64,000 nt of DNA from Burkholderiaceae bacterium (GCA_023954095.1 JAMLIQ010000008.1:1827-65826); one strand, 5' to 3'; counted from the stretch's first letter, positions 52,372-62,223 are shown. Numbers and translations are program-made. The notes: generated by a model from the letters alone, not told the origin.

Positions 52372-52713
52372 CTAGGCCACCTGCATATCCACCACACGCA
52401 ACTCGTCACCGCCCTGGGGCGTGAGCCAGTGCCCGCCGCAGGCCGGGCAGGCATCGCCGCGCTGCCCGATCTCCACCGCCGTGCTGCAGCCCATGCACCA
52501 GGCACGGCCGGGCGGCTCATCGATGAGAACTTCCGCCCCTTCGAGCAGGGTGCCGGGGGCGATGGCTTCCAGCGCAAAACGCAGCGCCTGCAGTTCCACC
52601 CCGGCGAGCTTGCCCACTTCCAGGCGCAATTGCAGCACGCGTGCAAAGGCCTCGCGCGCTGCCGCATCTTCCACCACCTGCAGGATGCCACCGGCCAGGC
52701 TCAATTCATGCAC
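52372..52713 (-). CDS. hypA: Hydrogenase nickel chaperone HypA
   Basis: GTG start (M)HELSLA, CMGC...CPAC; GAGGAGG RBS. Confidence 0.94.
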   Translation of the reverse strand: MHELSLAGGILQVVEDAAAREAFARVLQLRLEVGKLAGVELQALRFALEAIAPGTLLEGAEVLIDEPPGRAWCMGCSTAVEIGQRGDACPACGGHWLTPQGGDELRVVDMQVA

Positions 52714-53806
52714 AAGAGACCTCCTCAGCACGGCCGGCCGGGGCCAGCGCGTAGTCCACGCAGGGATCGAATGCCGCCACCAGCACGGCCACCGCGGCGG
52801 CAAGCTGCGGCGCGGGCTGCTGTGCGTCCAGACCGCGGAGCACCTGGGCCGCAGCGCCCTGGGGGTGGAAGTTCCATTCCGTGGGTGCCAGCACGCCGTA
52901 GCGCTCGACCCGACCCTGCGCATCCACGCACAGCCAGTGCACCAGCAGGCCGCGCGCCATTTCACACCAGGCGATGGCCTCGCCCGCACCCAGCGCACAG
53001 GCCCCGGCGTGCAGGCGCTGCGCACCCTGGGCCTGTGCCAGTTGGGCCAGGTCCCACACGCGCGCGGCCAGCCGGGTCCAGACATCGGGCACGGGCAGCC
53101 AGGCATCGTCGGCGCGCGTCCAGCAGCCGGTTTCGCGGCATTGCCCACGCAACCGGGGCTGGCGCGCAAAGTCGCCATCGGCGCGCAGGGCGCTGGCCAG
53201 TTCGGTCAGCACCTGCGCCCCCGGCTGCGGGGTGTGCAGTGCCTGCAGCGGCACCTGCCAGGCACCCGCCCAGCGGTGGGCCTGCACCAGGGCCTGGGTG
53301 AGGGGGTTGTGTACGGCATGTGCCCATTGGAGCAGGCCTTGGGCCGGGTTTTGCTGACAGGCCTGCTGCCAGCGCGCCCAGGGCATGCCCAGCACCTGGC
53401 GCTCCACCCACTCCACCAGAGCCGCATCGCCCGGCAGCACGGAGTGGCCCAGCGCCGGGCTGGCGGCCAGCGCCTGGCCCTCGGGTGCGGGACTGGCCAG
53501 CAGGCGCGGCCAGTCCAGGAACAGGCGGCGCACATGCTCGCGCAGGGTTTCGCGCCACAGCGCTTGGCGCTGCGACGCATCCATGGGGATAGGGGTCTCG
53601 GGCGTCTGCAGGGCCTGCAAGGCCATTTCTGCGCAGATGCGGTGCGCCTGCCCGCACAGCGCGTACAAGCGGCCCAACAAGGCGGGGGCCAGCGCCGCCG
53701 CACGCCCATGCAACAGGCGCTCGGCCAGGGGCTCGCGCAACCCCTGCACCGGGGTGGCGGCACCGGGAACCAGGCGCAGGCGCTGGGTGGCAAATTCCAG
53801 GCTCAT
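52706..53806 (-). CDS. hoxV: HoxV/HupK hydrogenase maturation scaffold
   Basis: LYALCGQAH, EMARGLLVH, APTEWNFHP, FDPCV. Confidence 0.88.
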   Translation of the reverse strand: MSLEFATQRLRLVPGAATPVQGLREPLAERLLHGRAAALAPALLGRLYALCGQAHRICAEMALQALQTPETPIPMDASQRQALWRETLREHVRRLFLDWPRLLASPAPEGQALAASPALGHSVLPGDAALVEWVERQVLGMPWARWQQACQQNPAQGLLQWAHAVHNPLTQALVQAHRWAGAWQVPLQALHTPQPGAQVLTELASALRADGDFARQPRLRGQCRETGCWTRADDAWLPVPDVWTRLAARVWDLAQLAQAQGAQRLHAGACALGAGEAIAWCEMARGLLVHWLCVDAQGRVERYGVLAPTEWNFHPQGAAAQVLRGLDAQQPAPQLAAAVAVLVAAFDPCVDYALAPAGRAEEVSCA

Positions 53807-54297
53807 GGGCGGGGCGCTCCCTGGGCGCTGCCGCGCCCCAACAAGAAACCACGGCGGCGCGGATCAGGTGCACTCGGCGTGGTGGCACTGGAGCGCAGGC
53901 GCACCAGCACCTCGCGTGCCGTGGCCACGGCGGCTTGCTGGTCGGCAAACTCGAACATGGGCGAGGCGAGCGAGCACATTTCGTAGGCGCCAAACGCCGC
54001 CTCGTGCGCGCCAATGAAGCGCAGCCGGTGTTCCCCCAGGCGCTGGGGCCCCACCTGCCCAAGGGCCAGTACCTCGGCGGTGCCCAAGGGCAGGCGCATG
54101 AGGTTCATGAACCAGGGTGTGACCAGCACCCCCAGGGCAAAGTCCCCCTCGGGCTCGGGCGCAAAGTCCACGGCCTGCACCTGAAGACTGGCGTGCAGCA
54201 AGGGCACGCCCTCCATGCGCGTGGCGGCAATGTCGCGGAACACGGTTTCGAGCCGCGCCACCTGGGTCTGCAAAGCCTGGTGCACCGTGGACCTCAC
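53803..54297 (-). CDS. hoxT: HoxT/HybE-family chaperone
   Basis: RMEGVPL, GVLVTPWFMNL, CSLASPMFEF, RRRGFL. Confidence 0.87.
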   Translation of the reverse strand: MRSTVHQALQTQVARLETVFRDIAATRMEGVPLLHASLQVQAVDFAPEPEGDFALGVLVTPWFMNLMRLPLGTAEVLALGQVGPQRLGEHRLRFIGAHEAAFGAYEMCSLASPMFEFADQQAAVATAREVLVRLRSSATTPSAPDPRRRGFLLGRGSAQGAPRP

Positions 54298-54521
54298 TCC
54301 GTGAGCAACAGAAACTTGCTGGCCTCAGCGTCGCACTGCGGGCAGCGCCAGTGGCCGGGGAGGTCGGCAAACGCGGTGCCCGGCGGTATCTGCCAGACGG
54401 CGTCGCCCTCGGCAGGGTCGTACACCCACCAGCAGATCTTGCATTCGAGCCGCGCGTCTGGCGGCACCTGCGAGCGGTCGCCCCAGGCCGGGCTGCCGGG
54501 GGTCAGTTCCGGTTCACCCAT
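54294..54521 (-). CDS. hoxR: Rubredoxin HoxR/HupI
   Basis: ECKICWWVYDPAEGD...WRCPQCDA. Confidence 0.9.
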   Translation of the reverse strand: MGEPELTPGSPAWGDRSQVPPDARLECKICWWVYDPAEGDAVWQIPPGTAFADLPGHWRCPQCDAEASKFLLLTE

Positions 54522-55384
54522 GCCATCACCTCGCGCAGGCGCTGCTGCGAATCGACCAGGTCCTCGGGGGCGGCGCAGGCCACCTCGGGCATGTCCACCA
54601 CTTCGATGGAGTTGAGGATCATCGCGTCCTGCGAGTTGTAGTACACCACGCGCCAGGTGTTGGGCACGCGGGTGCTGCTGATGCGGCAGTTGCCGTAGCC
54701 GCGCGAGAGGATGACCACCCGGCCCGTGCCCAACTGCTCTTCCAGGCAGGCCATGTCGGCCGGGCTCAGGGGCAGCAGCGAGAGGTTGACCAGGTGTGCG
54801 CTCTGGCCCACGCGCCACTGCTGGCGCTGGTCGTGCAGTTCCTGCAGCAGCGTGGGGGCGTTCATCACGCCCTCGGGCAGGCGGGCGGTCGGCCGGTGGC
54901 CGCTGGCGCCGTCCTGGCGCGCGCAGGTCTTGAGCACCTCGGGGATGGCGCCGACTTCGATGCGGTCCTGCAGGCCGCCATCGGGCAGGCGTTCAATGAC
55001 GCGCCAAACCCCGGCAAACACCGATTCCTGCACCTGCACCAAGGCGCTGCCCTGGCCGTCGGCCACCTGCGCACCTACCTCCCCCTCGCCCAGGGCCTGA
55101 TTGACGATCTGACGATCGGCCGCGCCCAGACCCGACAGGTCCACGGGCGCCACGGACTCCCCCCGGATGGCCGCTTGCAGCACGGCCAGCACCTGGTCAA
55201 GCACCGCAATGGCCGCGCCGTGGCCGTCCAGCGCATCGGGTTCGGGCAGGCGCGGCGGCTGGTAGGTGGACATGCCCTGGGGCATGGGCAGGTAGTCGAG
55301 TTCCTCGTCCTCGATCTGGCTGCCCGGCCCCATGGCGCTGACCAGGGGAATGGGGAAAGGGCGCTGGCCCGATGAAGTGCTCAT
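54503..55384 (-). CDS. hoxQ: HoxQ/HupH small-subunit chaperone
   Basis: GPGSQ, LGEGEV, QESVFAGVWRV, LSRGYGNCRI, ACAAPEDL. Confidence 0.9.
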   Translation of the reverse strand: MSTSSGQRPFPIPLVSAMGPGSQIEDEELDYLPMPQGMSTYQPPRLPEPDALDGHGAAIAVLDQVLAVLQAAIRGESVAPVDLSGLGAADRQIVNQALGEGEVGAQVADGQGSALVQVQESVFAGVWRVIERLPDGGLQDRIEVGAIPEVLKTCARQDGASGHRPTARLPEGVMNAPTLLQELHDQRQQWRVGQSAHLVNLSLLPLSPADMACLEEQLGTGRVVILSRGYGNCRISSTRVPNTWRVVYYNSQDAMILNSIEVVDMPEVACAAPEDLVDSQQRLREVMAWVNRN

Positions 55385-55437
55385 GGTGATTCCTCAAACT
55401 CTCATGTCAGTGGTACGTTCCACAATCGTGGTGCCCG

Positions 55438-55568
55438 CAAGGCCAAGGCCAGAGCTCCCGCGCAAGGGCCGCCCCGCTGCGCCGGGAGCGTCCCCCTGCC
55501 CGCAGCGCACAGCGCTGCGAGAGCGGGGGGAAGGCGCCGAAGGCGACTCAGGGGGGTGTTGTTTCATC
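55438..55568 (-). repeat. Structured repeat, family B copy (after the hoxO stop)
   Basis: 55491-55534 is identical to 57781-57824; the CTCAGGGGGGTGTTGTTTCATCTCAGT end is also shared. Confidence 0.85.
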
Positions 55569-56018
55569 TCAGTGGCAGTGGCTTTCACCACCGACGGTGA
55601 CGACGGGAATGCCGATGCCGGGGCGGCGCGAGGGCGGCATGTGCAGCGCCTGCTGCACGCGCTGGACAAAATCCGTCCAGTCGAACATGCCCGACAGGGT
55701 GGTGAGGTACTGGCCGTCGCGGAAGAACACCAGCGCGGGCCAGCGCTGCACGCCCAGGCGCCGGGCCAGCAGGTCTTCGCAGTCCGCGGGCACAGCGCCG
55801 ATGGCAAAAGACCGGCCCAGGGCGGCGTGCAGCTCGGGCAGCACCACAGCCACATCCAGCCCCTCGGGAAAGCGCACCGGGTCGCCACAGAAAAACAGCA
55901 CGCGCACACCGGGCCCGGCGGTGAAGGCCTCGGCGTCGTCCAGCCCAACCCATTGGGCGCCGTGGGACTGGACCAGCCGCTGCACCAGCGCGGGGGCCTG
56001 CATTGCTTCAGTGTTCAT
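55569..56018 (-). CDS. hoxO: HoxO/HupG thioredoxin-like chaperone
   Basis: GDPVRFPEGLDVAVVLPEL, WPALVFFRDGQY, RRPGIGIPV. Confidence 0.9.
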   Translation of the reverse strand: MNTEAMQAPALVQRLVQSHGAQWVGLDDAEAFTAGPGVRVLFFCGDPVRFPEGLDVAVVLPELHAALGRSFAIGAVPADCEDLLARRLGVQRWPALVFFRDGQYLTTLSGMFDWTDFVQRVQQALHMPPSRRPGIGIPVVTVGGESHCH

Positions 56019-56361
56019 GAGAGCTTCCTTGGGATGAGAGATCGGCACCGGCGCCCAGCAGCGCCGCCAGTTGTTCGGCCCCCATGGCCGATGGCAGCGC
56101 AAAAGCGGCCTGGGCCTCGGGGGACTGGGGGTCGTAGCGCCCGGCCAGCGTGTCTTCGACCAGCGCCAGCAGGGAGCGCACCTCGGCGGCGCGCTCGGGG
56201 CTCAGGCGCTCGCGCGCCGAGCCCAGAAAGACCAGCACCCATTCGCCGGGCAGGCAGTCGCCCACCAGCGCGGTGTTCACCCGCTCCAGGCCCTGCGGGC
56301 CTTCGGCCAGTACATGGCCCTCCAGCAGGGTGCGCACTTGCATGGGGATTCCGATGCACAT
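56008..56361 (-). CDS. hoxL: HoxL/HupF (HypC paralogue)
   Basis: MCIGIPMQV, VNTALVG, GEWVLVFLGSARE. Confidence 0.88.
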   Translation of the reverse strand: MCIGIPMQVRTLLEGHVLAEGPQGLERVNTALVGDCLPGEWVLVFLGSARERLSPERAAEVRSLLALVEDTLAGRYDPQSPEAQAAFALPSAMGAEQLAALLGAGADLSSQGSSHEH

Positions 56362-56375
56362 GGTTCGGCCCTTGT

Positions 56376-57002
56376 TCAGCGCGGGATGAAGCGGGCATCG
56401 CCGATGCGGCAGGCCTCTTCGGCGCTGGGCCGGCCTGCTTCGTAGGCGTTCAGCCTCAGGTGCGCCGCCGTGGTGGCCTGGGCGGGCTCCAGCGGGCGGC
56501 TGCGCGGCACGGGGCAGGCACCCCACTGCTGCAAGCGCTCCAGCGCCAGCGGCAGGGCTTCTTCCAGCGCCTGCAGGGTGCGCGGGCGCAGGCTGCCGCC
56601 GTAGTCCTCCAGCTCCTCGGGTTGGCAGCCAATGAGCACGATGCGCTGCGGATAGTGCCCGGTGAGCTGCGCCACCATGAGCACCTCCTGGAAGCCGGTC
56701 TGGTGCAGGCTCATTTTCTTGGCGCCCAGGAAGCAGGGCACCTCGTCACCCTGCACCACCTTGAGCGTGCCGGGCGCCAGCCCGTAGTCGATGGCGTCGA
56801 GGATCAGCAGCGCATCGGCCTCCTGCACGTACTGCAGCAGCGCCAGCCCCTGGGTGCCGCCATCGACCAGTTCCACATGGGGTGCAAACTCGTAGCGCTG
56901 CTGCAGCGCCTCGACGCAGCGCACGCCAAAGCCCTCGTCGGCCCAGAGCATGTTGCCGATGCCCAGCACGACGATGCGCTGCAGGCTAGGGCGTGTCATC
57001 AT
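56376..57002 (-). CDS. hoxM: Hydrogenase maturation endopeptidase HoxM/HupD; current start lies in a MITE end
   Basis: VLGIGNMLWADEGFGV, DGGTQG, DAID, SLHQTGF, LEDYGGSL. Confidence 0.93.
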   Translation of the reverse strand: MMTRPSLQRIVVLGIGNMLWADEGFGVRCVEALQQRYEFAPHVELVDGGTQGLALLQYVQEADALLILDAIDYGLAPGTLKVVQGDEVPCFLGAKKMSLHQTGFQEVLMVAQLTGHYPQRIVLIGCQPEELEDYGGSLRPRTLQALEEALPLALERLQQWGACPVPRSRPLEPAQATTAAHLRLNAYEAGRPSAEEACRIGDARFIPR

Positions 57003-57258
57003 TCAATTCCCCCACGCGAAAGCCAACCAGGCCGTGCAGTGCTAGGCGCCCTGAGTGCCATGCAGCCGCGCTGCACAAGCGAAGGGCAACGACGCAATGC
57101 GCGGCCTGGCTGGCTTTCCCTTCGGGCTGGCCCCGCAATGCGGCGTCTGCTTTGTCGGGCGGCTTGCCCGTGGATGACCATGGGCTGCGCCGCCCTTCGC
57201 GCATCCATCCGCATTGCGGGGCCAGCGCGCGGGGGAATTGAATGATGACACGCCCTAG
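56986..57258. mobile_element. MITE, 265 bp plus CTAG flanks (IS5-family-like ends)
   Basis: Perfect 24-bp TIR GGCGTGTCATCATTCAATTCCCCC (56990-57013 and 57231-57254), CTAG on both sides, no transposase. Confidence 0.88.
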
Positions 57259-57343
57259 CGCTGTCACGGGGTGGGTTACAGGCGTTTTCAGGCGAGCGGG
57301 AGGTCATGGTGTGCAATGAACTCAAAAATGGGAGAGAAAAGGC

Positions 57344-57688
57344 TCAGCGGACCCACGCGATGCTGCGCAGGAGCTTCCAGGCGTGGAAGCTGTCCCAGCG
57401 GGACTGCAGGGCCAACCAGAACAGGGCATCGGTGCCAAACACCATGGCGCAGCGGATGGCGGTGTCGGGGGTGATGCCGCGGTGGCCCTGGATGATTTCA
57501 TTGAGCCTGCGCCGCGACACGCCCAGCAGACGCGCCGCTTCGGTCTGGCTCAGCGAGAGCGGACGCAGGAAATGCCGTGCCAAAAACCGCCCCGGATGCG
57601 GCGGACAGCGCAAGGGCACGCCCGCCGGGTGCGGCAGGCGGGTGGCCCCAGAGGGTGGCATACAGGCGTGGATCGTCATGGCATTCAT
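57344..57688 (-). CDS. HigA-family HTH (antitoxin-like) protein with no adjacent toxin
   Basis: PHPGRFL, SQTEAARLLGVSRRRLNEII.G.RGITPDTAIR...FWLALQ; start uncertain. Confidence 0.82.
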   Translation of the reverse strand: MNAMTIHACMPPSGATRLPHPAGVPLRCPPHPGRFLARHFLRPLSLSQTEAARLLGVSRRRLNEIIQGHRGITPDTAIRCAMVFGTDALFWLALQSRWDSFHAWKLLRSIAWVR

Positions 57689-57714
57689 CCCCGACACGCA
57701 GCGCTTGATACCGG

Positions 57715-57856
57715 CATGGCACAGCCCAGCGGCCACCGTGCAAGGGCCGCCAACATGCCCATGTACGGGCACTGGTGACCTCCCCCTGCCCGCAGCGCAC
57801 AGCGCTGCGAGAGCGGGGGGAAGGTGCGCAGCACCTCAGGGGGGTGTTGTTTCATC
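57715..57856 (-). repeat. Structured repeat, family B copy (after the hoxZ stop)
   Basis: Near-identical to 55438-55568, with differences concentrated in the hairpins. Confidence 0.85.
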
Positions 57857-58588
57857 TCAGTCTTTGAAGGTGCGGTAGCCCGACACCATGGTGCTGACGA
57901 TGCTCTGTCGGCCCATGATGTCCTCGCGCACGGCGGCGTAGATGTGCGCAATCACGAAGATCACCATGGCCCACATGCCCAGGTGGTGCCATGTGTGCAC
58001 ACCCTGCGATTGGCCCAGCAGAGGGATGAGCCAGCCAAACATGCGGTCGGCCCAGGACCCGGCCTGCAGGCCTTCGCCATACAGCGCAAAGCCAGTCGCC
58101 ACCATGAACAGGGACACCAGGAAGTAGCCCACGAACATCATCAGCCGCGCCAGCGGGTTGTGGCCCACGTATTGGTTGGGGCGCGGGCGCAGGAACAGGT
58201 ACCAGGTGAACATGGCCCACACCTCACGCCAGTAGGCCAGGCGCAGCACGGGCAGCGTGACCATCTCGCGGGCATGGTGGTTGCCCACGAAGGCCCAGTA
58301 CACACGCCCGGCCAGGCCGATGGCAAACACATAGCCTGCCGCAAAATGGGCAAACCGGATGTAGCCCATGAGGAAATGGTCGCTGGCCTCGCCGCTCACG
58401 CTGGGCAGGGGCGAACCAATGAGGTAGCCGGTGACGCACAGCACGGTGATGGCCAGCGCGTTGATCCAGTGCCACACGCGCACCGGCGCCTCGTACACAT
58501 AGACCGAGCGCACCTGCGGCGCATTCGCCACGGTACGTTCGTCGATGCCGGTGATGTCGGCCAGGTTCTGGGGGGTCGAGGGGTTCAT
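57857..58588 (-). CDS. hoxZ: Ni/Fe-hydrogenase b-type cytochrome subunit
   Basis: YVYEAPVRVWHWINA, IRFAHF, GHNPLA, WHHLGMW, HIYAAVRED. Confidence 0.95.
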   Translation of the reverse strand: MNPSTPQNLADITGIDERTVANAPQVRSVYVYEAPVRVWHWINALAITVLCVTGYLIGSPLPSVSGEASDHFLMGYIRFAHFAAGYVFAIGLAGRVYWAFVGNHHAREMVTLPVLRLAYWREVWAMFTWYLFLRPRPNQYVGHNPLARLMMFVGYFLVSLFMVATGFALYGEGLQAGSWADRMFGWLIPLLGQSQGVHTWHHLGMWAMVIFVIAHIYAAVREDIMGRQSIVSTMVSGYRTFKD

Positions 58589-58629
58589 GCGCGCCTCCTG
58601 GGGGGTGGGACCGTGCGCTGCCAGTGCGC

Positions 58630-59238
58630 TCAAATGCGGGCCAGCAGCAATGCCAGGCCCGCGCCGCCGATCAGGGCTCCCGCCGCGCGCGGCAACACCG
58701 CCCGCACGCGCTGCAGCAGCACGCCCAGGCCCATGCCGCCAAAGTGCAGCGCCGCCGTGGCCAGCACAAAGCCCGCGCCATAAGCCAGAAAGGAAGCGCC
58801 CGCAGCCATTTCCAGCCCGTGGGCCGTACCATGCAACAGGGCCGACGCGCCCACCAGCCCCAGGCCCAGCCCGGCAGGCAGTGCCGCGCCACTGACCAGC
58901 AGCGCGCCCAGCAGCACCACGCTGGCGGCAATCATCACTTCCAGCGCGCCACCCAGGGGCAGTGCAGCCCCCAGGTGCGCCAGCAAGGCCCCCAGGGCCA
59001 TGGCGGCCACGAACACCGCGGGCGCCTGCCAGCGGCGCTGCGGCAGGGCCACGGCAGACCACAGACCCACGGCCACCATGGCCAGCAGGTGGTCCAGTCC
59101 CGACACGGGGTGTGCCAGTCCGCTGACAAAGGTGGCGGCATGGCCGCCCTCGTGGCCCACATGGGCCTGGGCGGCTCCGCCCAGGGCGCACAGGGCGATG
59201 ATCAGCAGGCCCTTGGCTGCAACAGTGTTCATTCGCAT
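58630..59238 (-). CDS. hupE: HupE/UreJ nickel permease
   Basis: AHVGH, GLAHPVSGLDHLLAMVAVG, LHGTAHGLE, TAALH. Confidence 0.92.
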   Translation of the reverse strand: MRMNTVAAKGLLIIALCALGGAAQAHVGHEGGHAATFVSGLAHPVSGLDHLLAMVAVGLWSAVALPQRRWQAPAVFVAAMALGALLAHLGAALPLGGALEVMIAASVVLLGALLVSGAALPAGLGLGLVGASALLHGTAHGLEMAAGASFLAYGAGFVLATAALHFGGMGLGVLLQRVRAVLPRAAGALIGGAGLALLLARI

Positions 59239-59263
59239 GCTTGTCTCCAAAATGGTGGTGCCG

Positions 59264-61120
59264 TCAGCGTACCTTGACCGAGGTGAGTTCCTGCCCGTCC
59301 GGCCCCATGACGTGCGTGGAGCAGGCCAGGCAGGGGTCAAACGAGTGCAGGGTGCGCAGGATCTCCAGCGGCTGCTCCGGGTTGACCATGGGTGTGCCCA
59401 GCAGCGCGGCTTCGAAGGCGCCGATCTGGCCCTTGGCGTCGCGCGGGCTGCCGTTCCAGGTGGTGGGCACCACGCACTGGTAGTTGTCGATCTTGCCGTC
59501 CTTGATGCGGATCCAGTGCGCCAGCCCCCCGCGCGGTGCGGCCGAGGAGCCCACGCCCTTGGCCTCCTTGGGCCAGGTGGACGGGTCCCACTTCTCGACG
59601 TTGGCCGTGGCGGTGTCGCCTGCCTTGATGTTGGCCACGAGCGAGTGCCAGTCTTCGAGCAGCAACTCGCCCAGGTACTGGCCTTCCAGGCAGCGGGCTG
59701 CCGTGCGGCCGATGGTGGTGGGCAGCAATTGCTTGAGGGTGTACTGCGTTTCGGGCAAGCCCAGCGCCTTGGGAATGCCGCTGTTGACCATGCTGGCCAG
59801 GAAGTCCACCTGCTCCTTGGCGCGCTGGCAATACTTGTTGCCTTGCGACGCGTGCACATAGGCCAGGATGTAGCGCGCCAGCGGCCCCACCTCCATGGCA
59901 TGGCCGCGCCAGCGCGGGGCCTTGAGCCAGGAGTACTTGGCGCTTTCGTCGATTTCGTGGATGTCGGTGCGCGAGCCCTTGGTCTTGGCGCCCAGCACGT
60001 AGTTGGGTTCGGTGACGCCGTCCCAGGGGTGCAGGCCCTTGGTTTCGTCGGCGTACTTGTACCAGGAGTGGGTGACGAATTCCTGGATCTGCTCGGGGTC
60101 GCGCAGATCGACCGGGTGGATCTTGCTCCAGTCGCCATTGATGATGGCGCCGCCGGGCAACTGGTCGGTGCTCTTGTCGTAGCTGACCTTGGCGTGCTCG
60201 CCGTAGTCCATGACGTTGAGGCCTGCCAAACCGCCGCCGTAGAGCCAGCCCGCCTGCTTGTACAGCGTGCCGATGGCCAGCACGTCGGGCAGATAGACGT
60301 TGCGGTAGAACGCGTTGCCCTCGTCGATGCGCGCCTTGACGAAGTTGAGCCGCTCCATGTTGATGGGCGCCCCGGCCGCGCCGTCGCGGTCGATGTTGAT
60401 GGCGCAGGGCATGCCGCCCACCAGGTAGTTGGGGTGCGGGTTCTTGCCGCCGAAGATGGCGTGGATCTTGATCCATTCCTTCTGCAGGTCCAGCGCCTCC
60501 AGGTAGTGCGCCACGGCCATGAGGTTGGCCTCGGCCGGCAGAATGTAGGCCTTGGAGCCCCAGTAACCGTTCTTGAACGGCCCGAGCTGGCCACTCTCGA
60601 CAAACTTCTTGATGCGGTTCTGGATGTCGCGGAAGTAGCCCGGCGAGGACAGCGGGTGCGCGGGCGACACCAGTTGCTGCAGCTCGGAGGTCTTCTTGGG
60701 GTCGGCCTTGAGGCAGGCGACCACGTCCACCCAGTCCAGCGCGTGCAGGTGGTAGAAGTGCACCACATGGTCCTGCACCATCTGGGCCTTGGCCATGATT
60801 TCGCGGATCAGGTGCGCGTTCTTGGGAATCTGGATGCCCAGCGCATCCTCCACGGCGCGCACCGACGTCAGCGCGTGGCTGCTGGTGCACACGCCGCAGA
60901 TGCGCTCGACGAAGGCCCAGGCGTCGCGCGGGTCGCGCCCCTTGAGGATGACCTCCAGCCCGCGCCAGAGCGTGCCGGTGGACACCGCATTGCGGATCAC
61001 GTTGTTGCTGTCGAGGTTGACCTCGCAGCGCATATGCCCTTCGATGCGCGTGACAGGATCGACGACGATGCGCTTGCCGCTGTTGTCGAGTGCGAAGGGG
61101 GTCTGGTCGTTGGCGCCCAT
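59264..61120 (-). CDS. hoxG: Membrane-bound [NiFe]-hydrogenase large subunit (group 1d)
   Basis: [37 protein letters not shown] plus a cleavable tail. Confidence 0.96.
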   Translation of the reverse strand: MGANDQTPFALDNSGKRIVVDPVTRIEGHMRCEVNLDSNNVIRNAVSTGTLWRGLEVILKGRDPRDAWAFVERICGVCTSSHALTSVRAVEDALGIQIPKNAHLIREIMAKAQMVQDHVVHFYHLHALDWVDVVACLKADPKKTSELQQLVSPAHPLSSPGYFRDIQNRIKKFVESGQLGPFKNGYWGSKAYILPAEANLMAVAHYLEALDLQKEWIKIHAIFGGKNPHPNYLVGGMPCAINIDRDGAAGAPINMERLNFVKARIDEGNAFYRNVYLPDVLAIGTLYKQAGWLYGGGLAGLNVMDYGEHAKVSYDKSTDQLPGGAIINGDWSKIHPVDLRDPEQIQEFVTHSWYKYADETKGLHPWDGVTEPNYVLGAKTKGSRTDIHEIDESAKYSWLKAPRWRGHAMEVGPLARYILAYVHASQGNKYCQRAKEQVDFLASMVNSGIPKALGLPETQYTLKQLLPTTIGRTAARCLEGQYLGELLLEDWHSLVANIKAGDTATANVEKWDPSTWPKEAKGVGSSAAPRGGLAHWIRIKDGKIDNYQCVVPTTWNGSPRDAKGQIGAFEAALLGTPMVNPEQPLEILRTLHSFDPCLACSTHVMGPDGQELTSVKVR

Positions 61121-61143
61121 GGTGCGTGGCTCCTTGTGCTGGA

Positions 61144-62223
61144 TCAGTGGTCGGCCTTGGCCGGCTCGTTCTTGTCGGAGGCGCGCTTGAGCATGGACAC
61201 CGCCGCATGCGCCGCCACGGCCGCGCCCACGGCCCCGGCCGCAGCCACGCCCACCTTGTCGGCGTTGGACTCGACACCGAAGGCGTTGATGTTGGTGAGC
61301 CGGTCGTAGAACGAGCCTTTGTCCCAGAAGCCCTCTTCCGAGCAGCCCAGGCAGCCATGGCCCGACTGCACGGGCCAGCTCGTCCCATCATTCCAGCGCA
61401 CCGTGGAGCAGGCGTTGTAGGTGGTGGGGCCCTTGCAGCCCACCTTGTAGAGGCAGTAGCCCTTGCGCGCGTTCTCGTCGTCGAACGATTCGACAAACTG
61501 GCCTGCGTCAAAGTGCGGACGGCGGTAGCACTTGTCGTGGATGCGCTGGCTGTAGAACATCTTGGGCCGCCCCTGGCGGTCGAGCTCGGGGATGCGGTCG
61601 AAGGTGAGCATGTAGGTGATCACACCCGTCATCACCTCGGCAATGGGCGGGCAGCCCGGCACCTTGATGATGGGCTTGTCCAGAATGACCTTGTGCACCG
61701 GCGTGGCGCGCGTGGGGTTGGGATGGGCCGCCTGCACGCAGCCCCAGGACGCACACGAGCCCCAGGAGATGATGGCCTTGCAGTCCTTGGCCACGCGGCG
61801 CAGCTTTTCCACAAAGGGCTTGCCGCCCTGGATGCAGTACATGCCGTCCTCGTTGAGCGGCGGGTTGCCCTCCACCGCCAGGATGTACTGGCCCTTGTAT
61901 TTTTCGATCACCTCGTCGAGCGCGGCCTCGGCCTGGTGGCCCGCGGCGGCCATGAGCAGGTCGTCGTAGTCCAGCGAGATCATGGACAGCACCACGTCCT
62001 TGGCCAGCGGGTGCGCCGAGCGGATGAAGGACTCCGAGCAGCAGGTGCACTCCAGCCCGTGCAGCCACAGCACGGGCGTGCGCGGCTTGTTTTCCATGGC
62101 ATGGGCAATCTGCGGCACGAACGCCGGGCCCAGGCCCAGAGAAGTCGCCGTGAGCGAGCAGAACTTCAGCAGGCTGCGCCGCGAGATGCCCTGGCGGCGC
62201 ATCACCTCGTAAAACGTTTCCAC
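61144..62223 (-). CDS. hoxK: Membrane-bound hydrogenase small subunit, O2-tolerant type
   Basis: GTG start with GAGGAG RBS, Tat motif [15 protein letters not shown] and CASWGCVQ (supernumerary Cys), C-terminal TM anchor. Confidence 0.96.
   Translation of the reverse strand: METFYEVMRRQGISRRSLLKFCSLTATSLGLGPAFVPQIAHAMENKPRTPVLWLHGLECTCCSESFIRSAHPLAKDVVLSMISLDYDDLLMAAAGHQAEAALDEVIEKYKGQYILAVEGNPPLNEDGMYCIQGGKPFVEKLRRVAKDCKAIISWGSCASWGCVQAAHPNPTRATPVHKVILDKPIIKVPGCPPIAEVMTGVITYMLTFDRIPELDRQGRPKMFYSQRIHDKCYRRPHFDAGQFVESFDDENARKGYCLYKVGCKGPTTYNACSTVRWNDGTSWPVQSGHGCLGCSEEGFWDKGSFYDRLTNINAFGVESNADKVGVAAAGAVGAAVAAHAAVSMLKRASDKNEPAKADH

Noticed and set aside
56999-57325. 108-aa ORF across the MITE as a novel gene or HigB toxin
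   Set aside because: It is the former hoxM N-terminus reading into MITE sequence and shows no RelE/HigB features.
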